DNA of 64,000 nucleotides from Alphaproteobacteria bacterium 43-37 (GCA_001897475.1 MKSY01000014.1:114290-178289); one strand, 5' to 3'. Shown: positions 27,616 to 39,366, counted from the stretch's first letter. Notes: generated by a model not told the origin, from the sequence alone. Numbers and translations are program-made.

Positions 27616-28392
27616 TTGAGCTACCAGCATATCATCCTTGAAGAACAAGAAGCCATTGGCATTATTACACTAAATAGGCCAAAAGTCCTAAATGCCTTAA
27701 ACAATGAAATGATGCAAGAGTTAGCGCATGCCATTGATCGTATTGAACATCAGTCAAACAAAAAGGTTATCGTTATCAAAGGTGATGAGAAACACTTTGC
27801 TGTTGGCGCAGACATTCGCGAGCTCATGGGGCGCAATCATGCCTCAAATTTCAAAGACAATTTCATCACAGAGCATTGGGAGCGCATTGCCCATTGCCGC
27901 ATCCCCACCATTGCCGCTGTTGCAGGATTTGTCATGGGAGCTGGCTGTGAATTGGCCATGATGTGCGATATGATTATTGCGGCAGATAATGCTCGATTTA
28001 GCCAACCTGAAATTTCCATAGGCCTGCTCCCTGGTGCAGGGGGTACCCAAAGGCTCCCTCGCGCTATCGGTAAAGCCAAAGCGATGGACTTATGCCTCAC
28101 TGGCCGCTTCATGGAAGTTGATGAAGCTGAAAAATTAGGGCTCGTTTCGCGAGTTGTTCCCTTGATTAATTGGTGGCATGAAACCATGATGATAGCTGAA
28201 AGGATCAGCCATATGTCAAAACCTGTGGCTATGATGGTAAAAGAATCCATTAATCGTGGGTATGAGCAAAGCCTTGCAGAAGGGCTAAAATCTGAGCGCC
28301 GAATGTTCCATTCATTATTTGCGTTCGATGACCCCAAAGAAGGAATGGAAGCCTTTGTCGAGAAAAGACCTGCGGTTTTCAAAGATAGCTAA
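27616..28392 (+). CDS. Enoyl-CoA hydratase/isomerase (crotonase) family protein
   Basis: Motifs: ITLNRPKVLNALN, GADIRE, AAVAGFVMGAGCELAMMCD and EGMEAFVEKRP. The ORF track starts at 27565, but AGGAG at 27604-27608 followed by an in-frame TTG at 27616 fits a real start better. Confidence 0.85.
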   Translation: MSYQHIILEEQEAIGIITLNRPKVLNALNNEMMQELAHAIDRIEHQSNKKVIVIKGDEKHFAVGADIRELMGRNHASNFKDNFITEHWERIAHCRIPTIAAVAGFVMGAGCELAMMCDMIIAADNARFSQPEISIGLLPGAGGTQRLPRAIGKAKAMDLCLTGRFMEVDEAEKLGLVSRVVPLINWWHETMMIAERISHMSKPVAMMVKESINRGYEQSLAEGLKSERRMFHSLFAFDDPKEGMEAFVEKRPAVFKDS

Positions 28393-28412
28393 TGTGCAGT
28401 TAGAGGCAAGAA

Positions 28413-28931
28413 ATGAAAGACATATCCCAAAAAATTTTTAACCGCCCTCTTGAAAAATTAGCCCCTTCCGAACGAAAAGTCCTCGAACATTTTCATCAAA
28501 AAAGGCATATTTCTAGCCCCGAATATTCTGAGGGCTCCCCCCTCACACTTGGCCAGCAGCTAGCCGATAAAGTTGCGGGATTTGGAGGCTCATGGCTATT
28601 TATCTCAATTTTTACGATCATTATCATTGGCTGGATTCTTCTCAATTCCTTCCTTATTATTGGTTGGGTTAAACCATTTGATCCATCACCTTATATTTTA
28701 TTGAACCTCATCCTTTCCATTTTAGCGGCAGTCCAAGCTCCTATCATTTTGATGTCACAAAATAGACAAGGTGAAAAAGATCGCCTTCAAGCCAAAAAGG
28801 ATTTCGAGGTTAATCTAAAAGCTGAGCTAGAAATTTTGCACTTGCACGAGAAAATCGATCACCTAAATGCAAAGATTGATCAAGCTATCCTCAACAAAAA
28901 GCTGCCAGCAAACAGAAAAGCTAAGCCATAA
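28413..28931 (+). CDS. DUF1003 membrane protein
   Basis: Motifs: GFGGSWLFI, FDPSPYILLNLILSILAAVQAPIILMSQNRQGEKDR, then a coiled-coil tail. Confidence 0.75.
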   Translation: MKDISQKIFNRPLEKLAPSERKVLEHFHQKRHISSPEYSEGSPLTLGQQLADKVAGFGGSWLFISIFTIIIIGWILLNSFLIIGWVKPFDPSPYILLNLILSILAAVQAPIILMSQNRQGEKDRLQAKKDFEVNLKAELEILHLHEKIDHLNAKIDQAILNKKLPANRKAKP

Positions 28932-29099
28932 AATATAAACTTTTCCTGCGGCAACAGAATAGCCGAAAGCGCTAAAGCGTTCTAGGATTGGGAAGTTATG
29001 CAAAGTCACAAAAAGTGGCTTGGTTAACTAATAAGAGTGAGTGAATAAGTCAGCGTAATCACTGGCTTTATCACGTTTCTCTTGGTTTTGAACATGAGA

Positions 29100-29620
29100 C
29101 CTAACGACCTGTCACCCTCGTGCTCTTTTTTTTGTCACCCTCGCGAAAGCGGGGGGCCATAAAAATGCCTGGATCCCGGATCTGCGTCCGGGAAGACAAG
29201 GAAAGGTGTGCGGGAAGGCAAAGAGGGGTGTGCGGGATGACAAAGGAATGTGCCTGGGTTCCCTGCCGTCCTCGTGCTCTTTTTCCTGTCGCTTCCGGTT
29301 TTTTCCTTGTCCTCCTCGCGCTCTTTTTTTTGTCACCCTCGCGAAAGCGGGGGCCCATAAAAATGCCTGGGTCCCGGGTCTAGCGCCCGGGAAGACAAAG
29401 GGAGGGTTACGGGAAGGTGTTCGGGAAGACAAAGAGTGGGCGCGGGAAGACAAAGGAGGTGTGCGGGGAAGACAAAAGGGAGGGTCCGGTGGGACAAAGA
29501 GTGGGCGCGGGAAGACGAAGGAGGTGTGCGGGGAAGACAAAAGGGAGGGTCCGGGGGGACAAAGAGGAGCGCCAGGCTGACAAGGAGAGTTGCTGGCTGG
29601 CAAAGAAGAAAGTCACAGTT
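29100..29620. repeat. Repeat cluster C: the same MITE-like family in the opposite orientation to cluster B (units at 29133-29198 and 29331-29397), plus arrays of ~20-nt GGGAAGACAAAGG-type units including a ~63-nt unit x2
   Basis: Unit: TGTCACCCTCGCGAAAGCGGGGGGCCATAAAAATGCCTGGATCCCGGATCTGCGTCCGGGAAGACA, which is the reverse complement of the cluster B unit. ORFs on both strands here are repeat artefacts. Confidence 0.85.
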
Positions 29621-29652
29621 CTCCACCTGAGGTGGAAGTTTTTTCATTATGC

Positions 29653-29689
29653 AAAAAAATAAGCCGACCAGATGGCCGGCTTACTTTTT
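29653..29689. terminator. Bidirectional rho-independent terminator (serves clpB on the minus strand)
   Basis: AAAAAAAT-AAGCCGACC-agat-GGCCGGCTT-ACTTTTT. The stem is 9 bp with one mismatch, and an A-run and a T-run flank it. Confidence 0.7.
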
Positions 29690-29836
29690 ATCATGGACTT
29701 GGATGAAGACCTCAAAAGGAGGTAACATCTTTGAAGGGCTTACGAACTACTCTACCTTCGATCTCAATTTTTATACACCATCCCATTGAATGGCAAGCAA
29801 TATTTTTGCCTCACAGATATTCCATTTTTGCATAGC

Positions 29837-32404
29837 CTAACTTTTTCTGAGAGTTAAAGAATGCGTGTCCTTTGAAACATCTACATGCACAAAGTCCCCA
29901 TCGCCAAACTCTCCACGCAGTAACTCATCGGCTAAAGGATCTTGGACAAACCGTTGGATCACCCTTTTCAAAGGCCTTGCTCCATAGACAGGATCATATC
30001 CCTTATCAGCCAACCATTGCTGCGCCTTTGATGTCACATCAAGCATCATATTCCGCGCACTGAGAATTTTAGCAAACCTGGCAAGCTGCACCTTGACAAT
30101 ACCAGACATATTCTCCTTCGATAAACGCCTGAAAATCAAAATGTCATCCAATCGATTTAAGAATTCTGGACGAAATACCTGTCGCACAACCACCATCACT
30201 TGCTCTTGAACCATATCAGACAACTCTTCTCCTTCATCCGTTGCTAGAGCTTCACTGCCCAAGTTGGATGTTAAAATGATGAGTGTGTTTTTGAAGTCAA
30301 CAGTGCGCCCTTGACCATCAGTTAAGCGCCCATCATCCAAAACTTGTAACAAAACATTAAACACATCTGGATGAGCCTTTTCTACTTCGTCAAACAAAAT
30401 CACTTGATAAGGCCTGCGACGAACCGCTTCAGTAAGAACTCCGCCCTCCTCGTACCCAACATATCCTGGAGGAGCGCCAATCAATCGTGAAACAGCATGC
30501 TTTTCCATAAATTCAGACATATCGATCCGAACCATTGCCGTTTCATCATCAAACAAAAACGCAGCCAACGCTTTGGTTAACTCAGTTTTACCCACGCCTG
30601 TTGGCCCTAAAAACAAAAACGATCCCATTGGTCGATTCGGATCCTGCAGGCCTGCTCTTGCTCTTCGGACCGCCTTAGAAACAGCAACAACCGCCTCATC
30701 TTGCCCAATTACTTGCCTTTGCAAGATCTCTTCCATTTTTAGCAGTTTCTCACGCTCACCCGTAAGCATTTTGTCTACAGGAACCCCCGTCCATCGTGAG
30801 ACAATAGAAGCAATGTCAGATTCCGTAACTTCCTCATGCAACATACGTTCTTCAGCAGCTTTGGACGATTCAGCCACTTGTTTCTCAAGCTCAGGGATAA
30901 TCCCATACCGCAACTCACCCGCTCTCGTCAGATCACCCATTCTTTGCGCTTGTTCGAGCTCACTTTTTGCCTGTTCAAGCTGCTCTTTCAGTTTTTGAAA
31001 AGCTGTCAGCTGATCTTTTTCCGCACGCCAAGCTTTTGTCAGCTTCTCTGATTCTGCCTCAAAGACCTTGAGTTCTTCATCAATCTTGGACAATCGCTCC
31101 CGAGAGGCAGCGTCGGTTTCCTTCTTCAAGGCTTCCCGCTCTATCTTCAGCTGAATAATACGACGATCCAGCTCGTCGATTTCTTCAGGCTTAGAATCAA
31201 CCTCCATACGAATCCTGCTGGCAGCCTCATCAACCAAATCTATAGCCTTATCAGGTAAGAAGCGTGTGGTGATGTAACGATTAGATAAAGTCGCTGCCGC
31301 TACAATGGCCGCATCTGTGATACGAATACCATGATGCAGCTCATATTTTTCCTTCAAGCCACGTAAGATTGAAACCGTTTCTTCCACAGACGGTTCATCC
31401 ACATAAACCGGCTGGAAGCGGCGCGCAAAAGCGGCATCTTTTTCAATATGCTTCTGATACTCATCTAACGTCGTTGCGCCGACACAATGCAGTTCACCAC
31501 GCGCTAAAGCTGGCTTTAACATGTTAGAAGCATCCATGGCTCCTTCCGCTTTGCCAGCTCCCATCAGGGTATGCAATTCATCAATAAATAGAATGATCTC
31601 GTCGCTGCTTTGGCTCACTTCCATTAGAACAGCCTTCAACCGCTCTTCGAATTCACCACGAAATTTAGCCCCAGCTAAAAGACTCCCCAAATCCAAAGAC
31701 ATCAGACGGGTATCTTTCAAATTCTCTGGCACATCACCATTGACAATACGCTGCGCAAGCCCTTCTATGATGGCTGTTTTACCAACCCCAGGCTCACCAA
31801 TAAGTACTGGGTTATTTTTCGTACGCCTAGACAAAACCTGAATAGTGCGCCTGATTTCTTCATCACGCCCAATGACTGGATCCAACTTTCCCAAGCGAGC
31901 AACTTCTGTTAGATCTCGCGCATATTTCCTCAAAGCTTCAAATTGATCTTCAGCATGCGGCGAATCTGCTGTCCGCCCTTTGCGCATGACATTGATCGCT
32001 TCATTAAATGCTTTCACAGAACCACCCGAAGATGCAAAGAGAGCTTTAATAGGATCCACTAAGACAGCGGCTTGCAAAAATCTTTCTACCGTTAAAAATT
32101 GGTCGCCAGACTTAGTGGCCAAATCCTCTGCATGGATAAACAAATCGCTTAATTCGGTCGATAAATAAAACTGCCCACCTTGCACCTGCGGCATGTCCGC
32201 AATATGCTTATCTATTCCATGTGTAAAACGATCCAAATCGACCCCTGCAGACGTTAAAAGTCTTTGGGAAGGTCCTTGTACATCATCTAAGATGACTCGA
32301 CACACATGGACAGAACTCAGACCTTGATGCCCACGCCGACGCGCTAGGCTTTGAGCTTCTTGCAGGTGCGTTTTAAGTTTTTCAGTGTAGCGCTCAACAT
32401 TCAT
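29837..32404 (-). CDS. clpB: ATP-dependent chaperone ClpB
   Basis: It has two AAA modules ([39 protein letters not shown]) and a long middle coiled coil. The likely start is [10 protein letters not shown] at 32404; the ORF track starts at 32416. Confidence 0.95.
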   Translation of the reverse strand: MNVERYTEKLKTHLQEAQSLARRRGHQGLSSVHVCRVILDDVQGPSQRLLTSAGVDLDRFTHGIDKHIADMPQVQGGQFYLSTELSDLFIHAEDLATKSGDQFLTVERFLQAAVLVDPIKALFASSGGSVKAFNEAINVMRKGRTADSPHAEDQFEALRKYARDLTEVARLGKLDPVIGRDEEIRRTIQVLSRRTKNNPVLIGEPGVGKTAIIEGLAQRIVNGDVPENLKDTRLMSLDLGSLLAGAKFRGEFEERLKAVLMEVSQSSDEIILFIDELHTLMGAGKAEGAMDASNMLKPALARGELHCVGATTLDEYQKHIEKDAAFARRFQPVYVDEPSVEETVSILRGLKEKYELHHGIRITDAAIVAAATLSNRYITTRFLPDKAIDLVDEAASRIRMEVDSKPEEIDELDRRIIQLKIEREALKKETDAASRERLSKIDEELKVFEAESEKLTKAWRAEKDQLTAFQKLKEQLEQAKSELEQAQRMGDLTRAGELRYGIIPELEKQVAESSKAAEERMLHEEVTESDIASIVSRWTGVPVDKMLTGEREKLLKMEEILQRQVIGQDEAVVAVSKAVRRARAGLQDPNRPMGSFLFLGPTGVGKTELTKALAAFLFDDETAMVRIDMSEFMEKHAVSRLIGAPPGYVGYEEGGVLTEAVRRRPYQVILFDEVEKAHPDVFNVLLQVLDDGRLTDGQGRTVDFKNTLIILTSNLGSEALATDEGEELSDMVQEQVMVVVRQVFRPEFLNRLDDILIFRRLSKENMSGIVKVQLARFAKILSARNMMLDVTSKAQQWLADKGYDPVYGARPLKRVIQRFVQDPLADELLRGEFGDGDFVHVDVSKDTHSLTLRKS

Positions 32405-32630
32405 AATGATCTCCATAATCCTCAGGATTATTATAATCTTAAGGCATTACAAGTGCAAACAGATTGCGTAAAATCATACATTTTTGACATCACCGCACTT
32501 TCCTCCTCCAGGATTAAGATATTCGAGGATTACAATAACGAAGGGCAATGCAAAGACGCACGAAGTCACCATCATGATGCCTTCGCTATACCAGATAAAA
32601 GGACAAAGTACTCAATAAAAGAGTGAACAG

Positions 32631-33041
32631 TTAAATAGGCTGGGGCGAAACTTCTGTCGCGTGATCCGCGTGAACTTCAGAAGGAGTCTCAGGAAACCCC
32701 TCAACCACTTTATCGTCCACTTCAAGAGCACTATCCGATTGCTTTTGCTCACGTAAAGGTTGAGAATTACGCCGCTCGTTCAATACTTCATTTAGCTGGC
32801 TCAATTGCCTATAATAGTGATCTGCATGCTGATAAAAACCTTCGGCCAAAATCCGATCGCCCCCAGCTTGCGCCTCTCGTGCAAGGTTCAGGTATTTTTC
32901 CATGCATTGTATCAGCTGATTTTTAGATTTGCCATCAACAGCTGACTGTCCATCATGCATAGTAACAACTTTGCCATTCCGGTTTTTTCCCAGGTTGCGG
33001 CCTCGCGAACGCTTCTGCTGGATATTTGTATTTTGTTTCAT
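32631..33041 (-). CDS. DUF4167 domain protein
   Basis: Arg/Lys-rich N-terminus, then MEKYLNLAREAQAGGDRILAEGFYQHADHYYR. Confidence 0.75.
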   Translation of the reverse strand: MKQNTNIQQKRSRGRNLGKNRNGKVVTMHDGQSAVDGKSKNQLIQCMEKYLNLAREAQAGGDRILAEGFYQHADHYYRQLSQLNEVLNERRNSQPLREQKQSDSALEVDDKVVEGFPETPSEVHADHATEVSPQPI

Positions 33042-33201
33042 AAAGCTTAATGTCTCATATCGTATATAGACTAACTGAAAATATAAAAAAATTTTATGAC
33101 GATTCTACATGGGGTTTATGCAACAATTTAGGTCGCTTGTAAACTCTCCCCCAAACGTAATCTAATAAAAACAAATTTTTTTAATTTTAGCAAGAAAAAT
33201 T

Positions 33202-34053
33202 TTAGCCACCACAAAACTCCAGAACACGAGCAATACCCTGTAAGTCTTTGTAGGCATTTGAAAAATTCAAAAAAGATCTTTCAGACTTTTCAATGACACC
33301 TTCCTTCTGCCCTATACCGCACTCGAAAAACACCTTCCCATTTGTTGTCAGCATTGATGGCACGCAATCTTTAAAAAATCTGCGGTAATAATCAAGACCA
33401 TCCGCTCCCCCATCAAGAGCTCTTAACGGATCAAAGTCTTTAACATCTGGAGCCAACTCGTTAATTTCTAAAGATGGAATATAGGGTGGGTTGGAGATAA
33501 TGCAGTCAAAAGACCCACCTATTGCCTCCAACCAATCCGCTTGAACAAGCAACAACCGCTCTTTGAGCTCAAAATGCCTCAGATTTTCCCCAGCAACCGC
33601 TAATGCCTCAGCTGATAAATCAACCCCAATACCAATAGCATTGGGACGATCCAGCAAAATGGACATGATTAAGCACCCCGTCCCGACACCGAGCTCTAAG
33701 ATACGAAACGGTTGCTTTTCATCCAGAAAAGATGATAGCACAGCCTCTACTAAGATTTCGCTGTCTGGCCGAGGATCCAGCGTTGCTTGAGTCGTATTAA
33801 ATGCAAATTTCCAAAAATTTTTCCGCCCTAAGATCTTAGCTAAAGGCTCATGGGAAGCCCTACGCTCAATAAAGGACACAATTACTTGAGCCTGTTCTTC
33901 AGGAACTTCATACTCATGATTAGCAAAAACCCACGACTCTGACCGGCCAATAACAGCACTAATAATCAGCCGTACTTCATGCTGAAACCTATCCAAATGG
34001 GTAAATTTTCGCATGGCCAAACGGATCAGATCGCTGACCTTATGCGTCATCAC
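33202..34053 (-). CDS. prmC: Peptide chain release factor N5-glutamine methyltransferase
   Basis: Motifs: ELGVGTGCL and the ISNPPYIP (NPPY) motif. It lies immediately downstream of prfA. Confidence 0.9.
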   Translation of the reverse strand: MMTHKVSDLIRLAMRKFTHLDRFQHEVRLIISAVIGRSESWVFANHEYEVPEEQAQVIVSFIERRASHEPLAKILGRKNFWKFAFNTTQATLDPRPDSEILVEAVLSSFLDEKQPFRILELGVGTGCLIMSILLDRPNAIGIGVDLSAEALAVAGENLRHFELKERLLLVQADWLEAIGGSFDCIISNPPYIPSLEINELAPDVKDFDPLRALDGGADGLDYYRRFFKDCVPSMLTTNGKVFFECGIGQKEGVIEKSERSFLNFSNAYKDLQGIARVLEFCGG

Positions 34054-35145
34054 CTATACATCTTCCTCTGCTAAGCGGGTAGCCTGATCTTCAGCAATCA
34101 ATGCCTCCACAAACTCATCCAGCGATTCCCCGCTCAAAACCTTATCTAATTTGTAAAGAGTCAAATTGATTCTATGATCTGTCACCCGACCTTGGGGAAA
34201 GTTATAGGTACGAATACGCTCCGAGCGATCACCTGACCCAACTTGGCTCTTACGATTTTGCGCCCGCAAGGCATCTTGCTCTAACCTTTTTCTCTCAAAC
34301 AAGCGTGCTCTTAAGATTTTCAATGCTTTTGCTTTATTTTTGTGCTGAGATTTTTCATCCTGCTGCTGAACCACAACCCCAGTTGGTAAATGGGTAATCC
34401 GAACAGCGCTATCCGTTGTGTTCACTGATTGTCCGCCCGGGCCGCTAGAGCGAAATACATCGATTTTGAGGTCTTTCTCTTCAATAACAATATCCACCTC
34501 TTCTGCTTCTGGCAAAACCGCCACCGTGGCAGCAGAGGTGTGGATGCGCCCGCTAGCTTCTGTCTCAGGAACTCGCTGAACACGATGCACACCAGATTCA
34601 AACTTCAACCGCGCGAAAACGCCTTTTCCTGTAATTGTTGCGGTTGCTTCTTTCAACCCGCCCATCCCTGTATCGCTAACGTCCATCATCTCAAAACGCC
34701 AACCTTTTACCTCAGCATAACGTTGGTACATGCGAAACAAATCTGATGCAAATAGAGCAGCTTCATCGCCCCCCGTACCAGCACGTACTTCTAAAATTGC
34801 ATTTCTCTCATCTACTTCATCTTTAGGCAATAGCAACACCTTAATAGCCATCATGGCCGCCGGATAGGCTTGCTTTAAGGCCTCAAGCTCTTCGAAAGAT
34901 AAGCTTTTAAGCTCTTCATCTAACTCAGAATCCTTCAGCATCTCTGAAAGATCTTCCATTTCCTGTTCTACTTTAAAAAAGCGCTCAATGCTTTCCGCCA
35001 GCGGGGTAAGGTCCGAGTACTCTTTGGACAGCCTTGTAAAATCTTGTGGCGAAATCCCTTCAGAACTCAGCTGCGTGCTCATTTCATTAAAATTTTTAAG
35101 AACACGCTCCAACTTTTGTCGAAACACCCCATCTTTTTCTTGCAT
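34054..35145 (-). CDS. prfA: Peptide chain release factor 1
   Basis: Motifs: [25 protein letters not shown] (GGQ) and the PET tripeptide region [13 protein letters not shown]. The start ATG at 35145 is chosen so the gene does not overlap hisS; the ORF track runs to 35208. Confidence 0.92.
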   Translation of the reverse strand: MQEKDGVFRQKLERVLKNFNEMSTQLSSEGISPQDFTRLSKEYSDLTPLAESIERFFKVEQEMEDLSEMLKDSELDEELKSLSFEELEALKQAYPAAMMAIKVLLLPKDEVDERNAILEVRAGTGGDEAALFASDLFRMYQRYAEVKGWRFEMMDVSDTGMGGLKEATATITGKGVFARLKFESGVHRVQRVPETEASGRIHTSAATVAVLPEAEEVDIVIEEKDLKIDVFRSSGPGGQSVNTTDSAVRITHLPTGVVVQQQDEKSQHKNKAKALKILRARLFERKRLEQDALRAQNRKSQVGSGDRSERIRTYNFPQGRVTDHRINLTLYKLDKVLSGESLDEFVEALIAEDQATRLAEEDV

Positions 35146-35149
35146 AACG

Positions 35150-36415
35150 CTATTCCTTGAAAACCTTCTTTTCTTTGAATTTTTGCATCTTAGCCATTGC
35201 TTCAGCAAAGGGCAAAGAAATCTGTTCCCCGGATTCCATATTTTTCCATGTCACATGGTTTGTTTGAATCTCTTCCTCACCAATCAACCAAACATTATGG
35301 ACGTTTTGCTTAGCCGCTTTCTTCATACGTTTACTCACGTTCCCCTGAAACTCAAGCCCAACGCTCACATCCGCATGTCGTAAGTGAGTCGCCATTACAA
35401 ACGCTGCCTCCATCTGATCCTCGGAAATTGGAATAATAGCAACATCCAGAACATCTTTAGGCACAAAAGAACTCAACAGCATGATACGTTCAATGCCTGC
35501 CGCCCAGCCTACAGCTGGAGTTGCACCGCCACCCATCGTCTCAATCAATCCATCATAACGGCCACCAGCAAGAACTGCGCTTTGGGCCCCAAGGTTTGAA
35601 GAGACAAATTCAAAGGCTGTGTGGGAATAATAATCAAGACCCCTGACTAAAAATGGATCAATTTCATACAAGATCCCAATAGCAGCTAGAGATGAACAAA
35701 CCCCATCAAAATACTCTTTTGCTACAGGGGTTAAATAGGCTTCTCGGCGCGGCGCTTCTTTCAAAAGCTCGCGATCTCCCTCATCTTTTGAATCTAAAAT
35801 ACGCAGCGGATTTTTTTGAAGCCGCAACCTGCTCTCTGGAGAAAGCTTTTGTTCCACGCTTTGAAAATATGCCACGAGAGCATTACGAAAGCCTTCCCGA
35901 CTTTGAGCATCGCCCAACGTATTGAGTTTAAGGGTTACGCCATCCATAATATCCAGCTGCCTGAGCAAATGGTGCCCGAAGGCGATCACTTCCGCATCCA
36001 CAAATGGTGACGCCTCACCAATCACTTCAGCTCCAATTTGGTGAAACTGACGCATCCGGCCTTTTTGCGGCCGTTCATATCGGAACATAGGGCCAGCATA
36101 GAAAAGCTTTTGCGGAAGATTTTGCGTTAATCCATTAGAAAGAAAGGCACGCACAACCCCTGCCGTTCCCTCTGGCCTTAAGGCCATAAGATCCCCGCCT
36201 TTGTCCTCAAAAACATACATTTCCTTTGAGACAACATCTGAAGTCTCGCCTAACGTTCTGAGGAAAACATTTGCGGATTCGAAAATAGGTGTCATGACCT
36301 CCAAATAGCCATAGCATTTGCCTAAGCTCAGCGCCAGCTGCACAATATGACGGAAATGCTCTGCATCTTGACCAAAAAAATCTTTGGTACCTCGTACCGG
36401 CTGCATAGGGCTCAT
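35150..36415 (-). CDS. hisS: Histidine--tRNA ligase
   Basis: Motifs: [33 protein letters not shown] and GGGRYDGL. Confidence 0.95.
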   Translation of the reverse strand: MSPMQPVRGTKDFFGQDAEHFRHIVQLALSLGKCYGYLEVMTPIFESANVFLRTLGETSDVVSKEMYVFEDKGGDLMALRPEGTAGVVRAFLSNGLTQNLPQKLFYAGPMFRYERPQKGRMRQFHQIGAEVIGEASPFVDAEVIAFGHHLLRQLDIMDGVTLKLNTLGDAQSREGFRNALVAYFQSVEQKLSPESRLRLQKNPLRILDSKDEGDRELLKEAPRREAYLTPVAKEYFDGVCSSLAAIGILYEIDPFLVRGLDYYSHTAFEFVSSNLGAQSAVLAGGRYDGLIETMGGGATPAVGWAAGIERIMLLSSFVPKDVLDVAIIPISEDQMEAAFVMATHLRHADVSVGLEFQGNVSKRMKKAAKQNVHNVWLIGEEEIQTNHVTWKNMESGEQISLPFAEAMAKMQKFKEKKVFKE

Positions 36416-37524
36416 GCGGCATTCTCCGCAGCAATAATTTGCTCTACCTTGTCTTCAATCAGGGCAACCAAATGATCAACGATGTCTTCATCCTTTAGTC
36501 GATGATGCGGAACGCCTTCAAGATAAACCATATGGGTGCCATTGCCTCCACCGGTAAAACCAATGTCGGTTAGCTTTGCTTCACCCGGGCCATTCACTAC
36601 GCATCCAATCACAGATACGGTCAACGGTGTGGTGATATGACTCACCCGTTCTTGTAACCTCTCGACAGTTTTGATCACTTCAAATTGTTGGCGCGCACAA
36701 GAGGGGCAAGAAATAATACTCACACCACGATGCCTGAGCCCTAATGATTTTAGAAGGTCAAAACCAACGTAAATTTCTTCTTCAGGCTCAGCTGAAAGCG
36801 ACACACGGATCGTATCCCCAATACCTGCCCACAAAAGCATCCCCATTCCGATTGAGGACTTTACCGTCCCCGTTCGAAAGCCGCCCGCCTCCGTAATTCC
36901 TAGATGCAGAGGATAATCACAGACCTCTGCCAGCCCTTGATAGGCTGCAACGGCTAGAAAGATATCGGATGCCTTTACGCTAATCTTAAAGTTCAAGAAA
37001 TCATTATCTTCCAAAATGCGTGCATGGCTTAGCGCGCTTTCCACCATAGCTTCTGGGCAGGGTTCACCGTATCTTTCCAGCAAATCCTTTTCTAAGCTAC
37101 CAGCGTTCACACCAATTCGCACAGAACAGTTGTGATCCTTAGCCGCCTTGATCACCTCGCGCACACGCTCATTTGAGCCAATATTACCTGGATTAATGCG
37201 CAAACACGCCGCCCCAGCTTCCGCTGCCTCCAGCGCTCTTTTATAATGAAAATGGATGTCTGCTACAATAGGCACATTGACCTGCTTTATGATGTCTTTC
37301 AATGCTACGGTCGACTCTTCATCCGGGCAAGATACCCTGACTATGTCCGCGCCAGCTTCTTCCAAGCGGCGAATTTGCGCCACCGTAGCCTGGACATTGG
37401 CTGTAAGGGTATTGGTCATTGATTGAACCGTTATAGGCGCATCACCACCAACGGCAACACTACCCACATAGATTTTACGACTTTTTCGCCGAACGATGGT
37501 TCGATATGGCCTAATTTCTGACAT
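36412..37524 (-). CDS. ispG: 4-hydroxy-3-methylbut-2-en-1-yl diphosphate synthase
   Basis: Motifs: [26 protein letters not shown] and [13 protein letters not shown] overlap with hisS. Confidence 0.95.
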   Translation of the reverse strand: MSEIRPYRTIVRRKSRKIYVGSVAVGGDAPITVQSMTNTLTANVQATVAQIRRLEEAGADIVRVSCPDEESTVALKDIIKQVNVPIVADIHFHYKRALEAAEAGAACLRINPGNIGSNERVREVIKAAKDHNCSVRIGVNAGSLEKDLLERYGEPCPEAMVESALSHARILEDNDFLNFKISVKASDIFLAVAAYQGLAEVCDYPLHLGITEAGGFRTGTVKSSIGMGMLLWAGIGDTIRVSLSAEPEEEIYVGFDLLKSLGLRHRGVSIISCPSCARQQFEVIKTVERLQERVSHITTPLTVSVIGCVVNGPGEAKLTDIGFTGGGNGTHMVYLEGVPHHRLKDEDIVDHLVALIEDKVEQIIAAENAA

Positions 37525-37638
37525 GTCATTCCTAATGGTTTATTATATGCCGCACGATCATTTCATACCTGAACGCGCGTTGCCTTGTCAAAAAAAACAG
37601 CACAACTAAATCACTTAAACTTGCTTGAAGAAAAAGAA

Positions 37639-38772
37639 CTAATGGCTGGCCGGTTTTTTTAATAAAACATAATCATTCAAGATATCTGCTTCAAGAGGAA
37701 TGTTTCTTTTTATCTCTCCTGCTTTACCTTTCAGGAAATAAGATTTGCCATCCACATCAATTTGAAGCGCACCTAAGTTACCAGTCGATAAAAACAGTTT
37801 TTGCCCAAGCTGAACATTCATTGTTTCGCCAGGCCTCATCACACGGTCTGAAACAATACGCCCATCTGCATAGAATATTCTTACCCAAGCTGTATCTTGC
37901 GCCACCAGTAAAGCTGGGCCATTCGCAAGCGGCGGCAGCTCAGCTGCAGAGTTTATACTCTCCACACCTGGTTGCAGCTGAGCATTGCTCAAAGGCAACA
38001 AGGCAGTATCTTTACTACTCTTGCTAACTTGATTTGTATCGCTAGGCTGAGTGGCGACAACTTCATCCTTTGCGGGCTGCGTACCCTCTACCTTTAGCTG
38101 CCTTGAATCTCCAGCAGCGGATAACTCCGGCTGCGAAGATGCTTCAGACTCAGATATTCCAACTTTAGCCTCAGGAACACTAGCCTCACTCTTTAAAACA
38201 CTTGGATGCTCCCCCTGTGAACTTTGCTCGAGAGATTTTGAAGTAGCATTAAGGGTTGCTAATTGGGAAGAGGAATTGTCTGTTCTGCCACCAACCAAGT
38301 ACATTCCCAAGATGATAGCCGCAATAATGCCAGCACCAGCCAAAAAAAGAACTTTCTTTGATGGCACCGATCGTTCAGAAACTTGAGAAACAAGATCATT
38401 GATTTCAGGCATATGCCTGTCAAAATCCTGTTCAACTTTATACATTTTGACGACTTCAGCCCCATCGAAGCCCAAGAAGTTCGCATAAGATCGAACAAAC
38501 CCTAAGGTATAGGCTATTTCAGGCAGACGGCGCTGGTCTTCTTCTTCAATTGCCACCAGATAATCTTCACGAATTCTGAGTTCTTGGGAAACTTTGGTTA
38601 ATGAAAGCTTGTTGCGAAGCCTATGCACCTTCAAAAACTCGGAAACACGCACTCCACTTGCCCCCTCAGCCATAGGAAGCACATTGTCATCGGCCCCTAG
38701 GAACAATGGATTCTGCTCAACCTGCACCTTTTGGCGCACCCTCTTCTTACTCTGACTCATCGCCTGTCCCAC
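37639..38772 (-). CDS. rodZ: RodZ-like cytoskeleton protein (HTH + TM + DUF4115)
   Basis: HTH region LSLTKVSQELRIREDYLVAIEEED, one TM segment (VLFLAGAGIIAAIILGMYLV), a low-complexity linker and a C-terminal AWVRIFYADGRIV...TGNLGALQIDVDGK. rodZ-ispG-hisS synteny supports the call. Confidence 0.8.
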   Translation of the reverse strand: MGQAMSQSKKRVRQKVQVEQNPLFLGADDNVLPMAEGASGVRVSEFLKVHRLRNKLSLTKVSQELRIREDYLVAIEEEDQRRLPEIAYTLGFVRSYANFLGFDGAEVVKMYKVEQDFDRHMPEINDLVSQVSERSVPSKKVLFLAGAGIIAAIILGMYLVGGRTDNSSSQLATLNATSKSLEQSSQGEHPSVLKSEASVPEAKVGISESEASSQPELSAAGDSRQLKVEGTQPAKDEVVATQPSDTNQVSKSSKDTALLPLSNAQLQPGVESINSAAELPPLANGPALLVAQDTAWVRIFYADGRIVSDRVMRPGETMNVQLGQKLFLSTGNLGALQIDVDGKSYFLKGKAGEIKRNIPLEADILNDYVLLKKPASH

Positions 38773-38929
38773 TATTGTTATGTGGCACTGTTTTTGTTCA
38801 TCGGCCTATGAAAGCACATGTTTGCGTTTGAATCAAGAAATGGTTTATAAAGCATTAACATACCAAAGAAGAGGTAGCTAAAACGAAAATGGCTGTAAAT
38901 AGTGATTTTTTCATAAGGCGAATCCTTCG

Positions 38930-39331
38930 CTAAGCATTACTAATCTGGCAGGCTTTTTTTATCGAAATCTGCTCGATCACTGAAATGCCATTTTCAGTTT
39001 TCATACCCGGGAAGTCCTTTTCTTTAATCCGAAAATCTGAGAAGTCTTTTTCAGTATCAATAAAAAGAGTAAAACACTCACCCTTAAGAACTGAATAGCC
39101 ATACACACCTTTCGTTGGATGGAAGGTATTGTAGAGATCGACGACGGCTTGTGTGATGTTGTTGTCACGTATATCTTCCGCTGCAAATTCTCGTGCGTAG
39201 ACATGGCTGCCAGGAACAACTTCCACGATTGGCCATTCATGAGCAGGGTCAATATTAGCGGATAAAGGGCTTGCCCCTGCGGAAAAAAGGAGCGAGGCAA
39301 GAGCAAGGGAAAAAATGGTTAACGCTTTCAT
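38930..39331 (-). CDS. Small secreted protein, paralog P1 of a 3-member family
   Basis: 133 aa with an ATG start. The signal peptide MKALTIFSLALASLLFSAGASPLSANIDPAHE is shared with P2 and P3. Conserved C-terminal part: C(F)TL..DTEKDFSDFRIKEKDFPGMKTENGISVIE plus a second Cys. Confidence 0.7.
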   Translation of the reverse strand: MKALTIFSLALASLLFSAGASPLSANIDPAHEWPIVEVVPGSHVYAREFAAEDIRDNNITQAVVDLYNTFHPTKGVYGYSVLKGECFTLFIDTEKDFSDFRIKEKDFPGMKTENGISVIEQISIKKACQISNA

Positions 39332-39366
39332 TGCATTACTTCCTTGAATAAATCAAACACACACTC

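Noticed and set aside
26560-29620. Possibility that the repeat clusters are CRISPR arrays
   Set aside because: The repeat units are irregular in length and spacing. There are no unique spacers of constant size between identical repeats, and no cas genes are nearby. The units have MITE-like terminal inverted repeats instead.
32417-32500. Possible heat-shock (RpoH-type) promoter upstream of clpB (minus strand CTTGTAA...TATAAT)
   Set aside because: The spacing between the two boxes (~11-12 nt) fits neither the sigma-70 nor the sigma-32 consensus well. I cannot support the call without TSS data.
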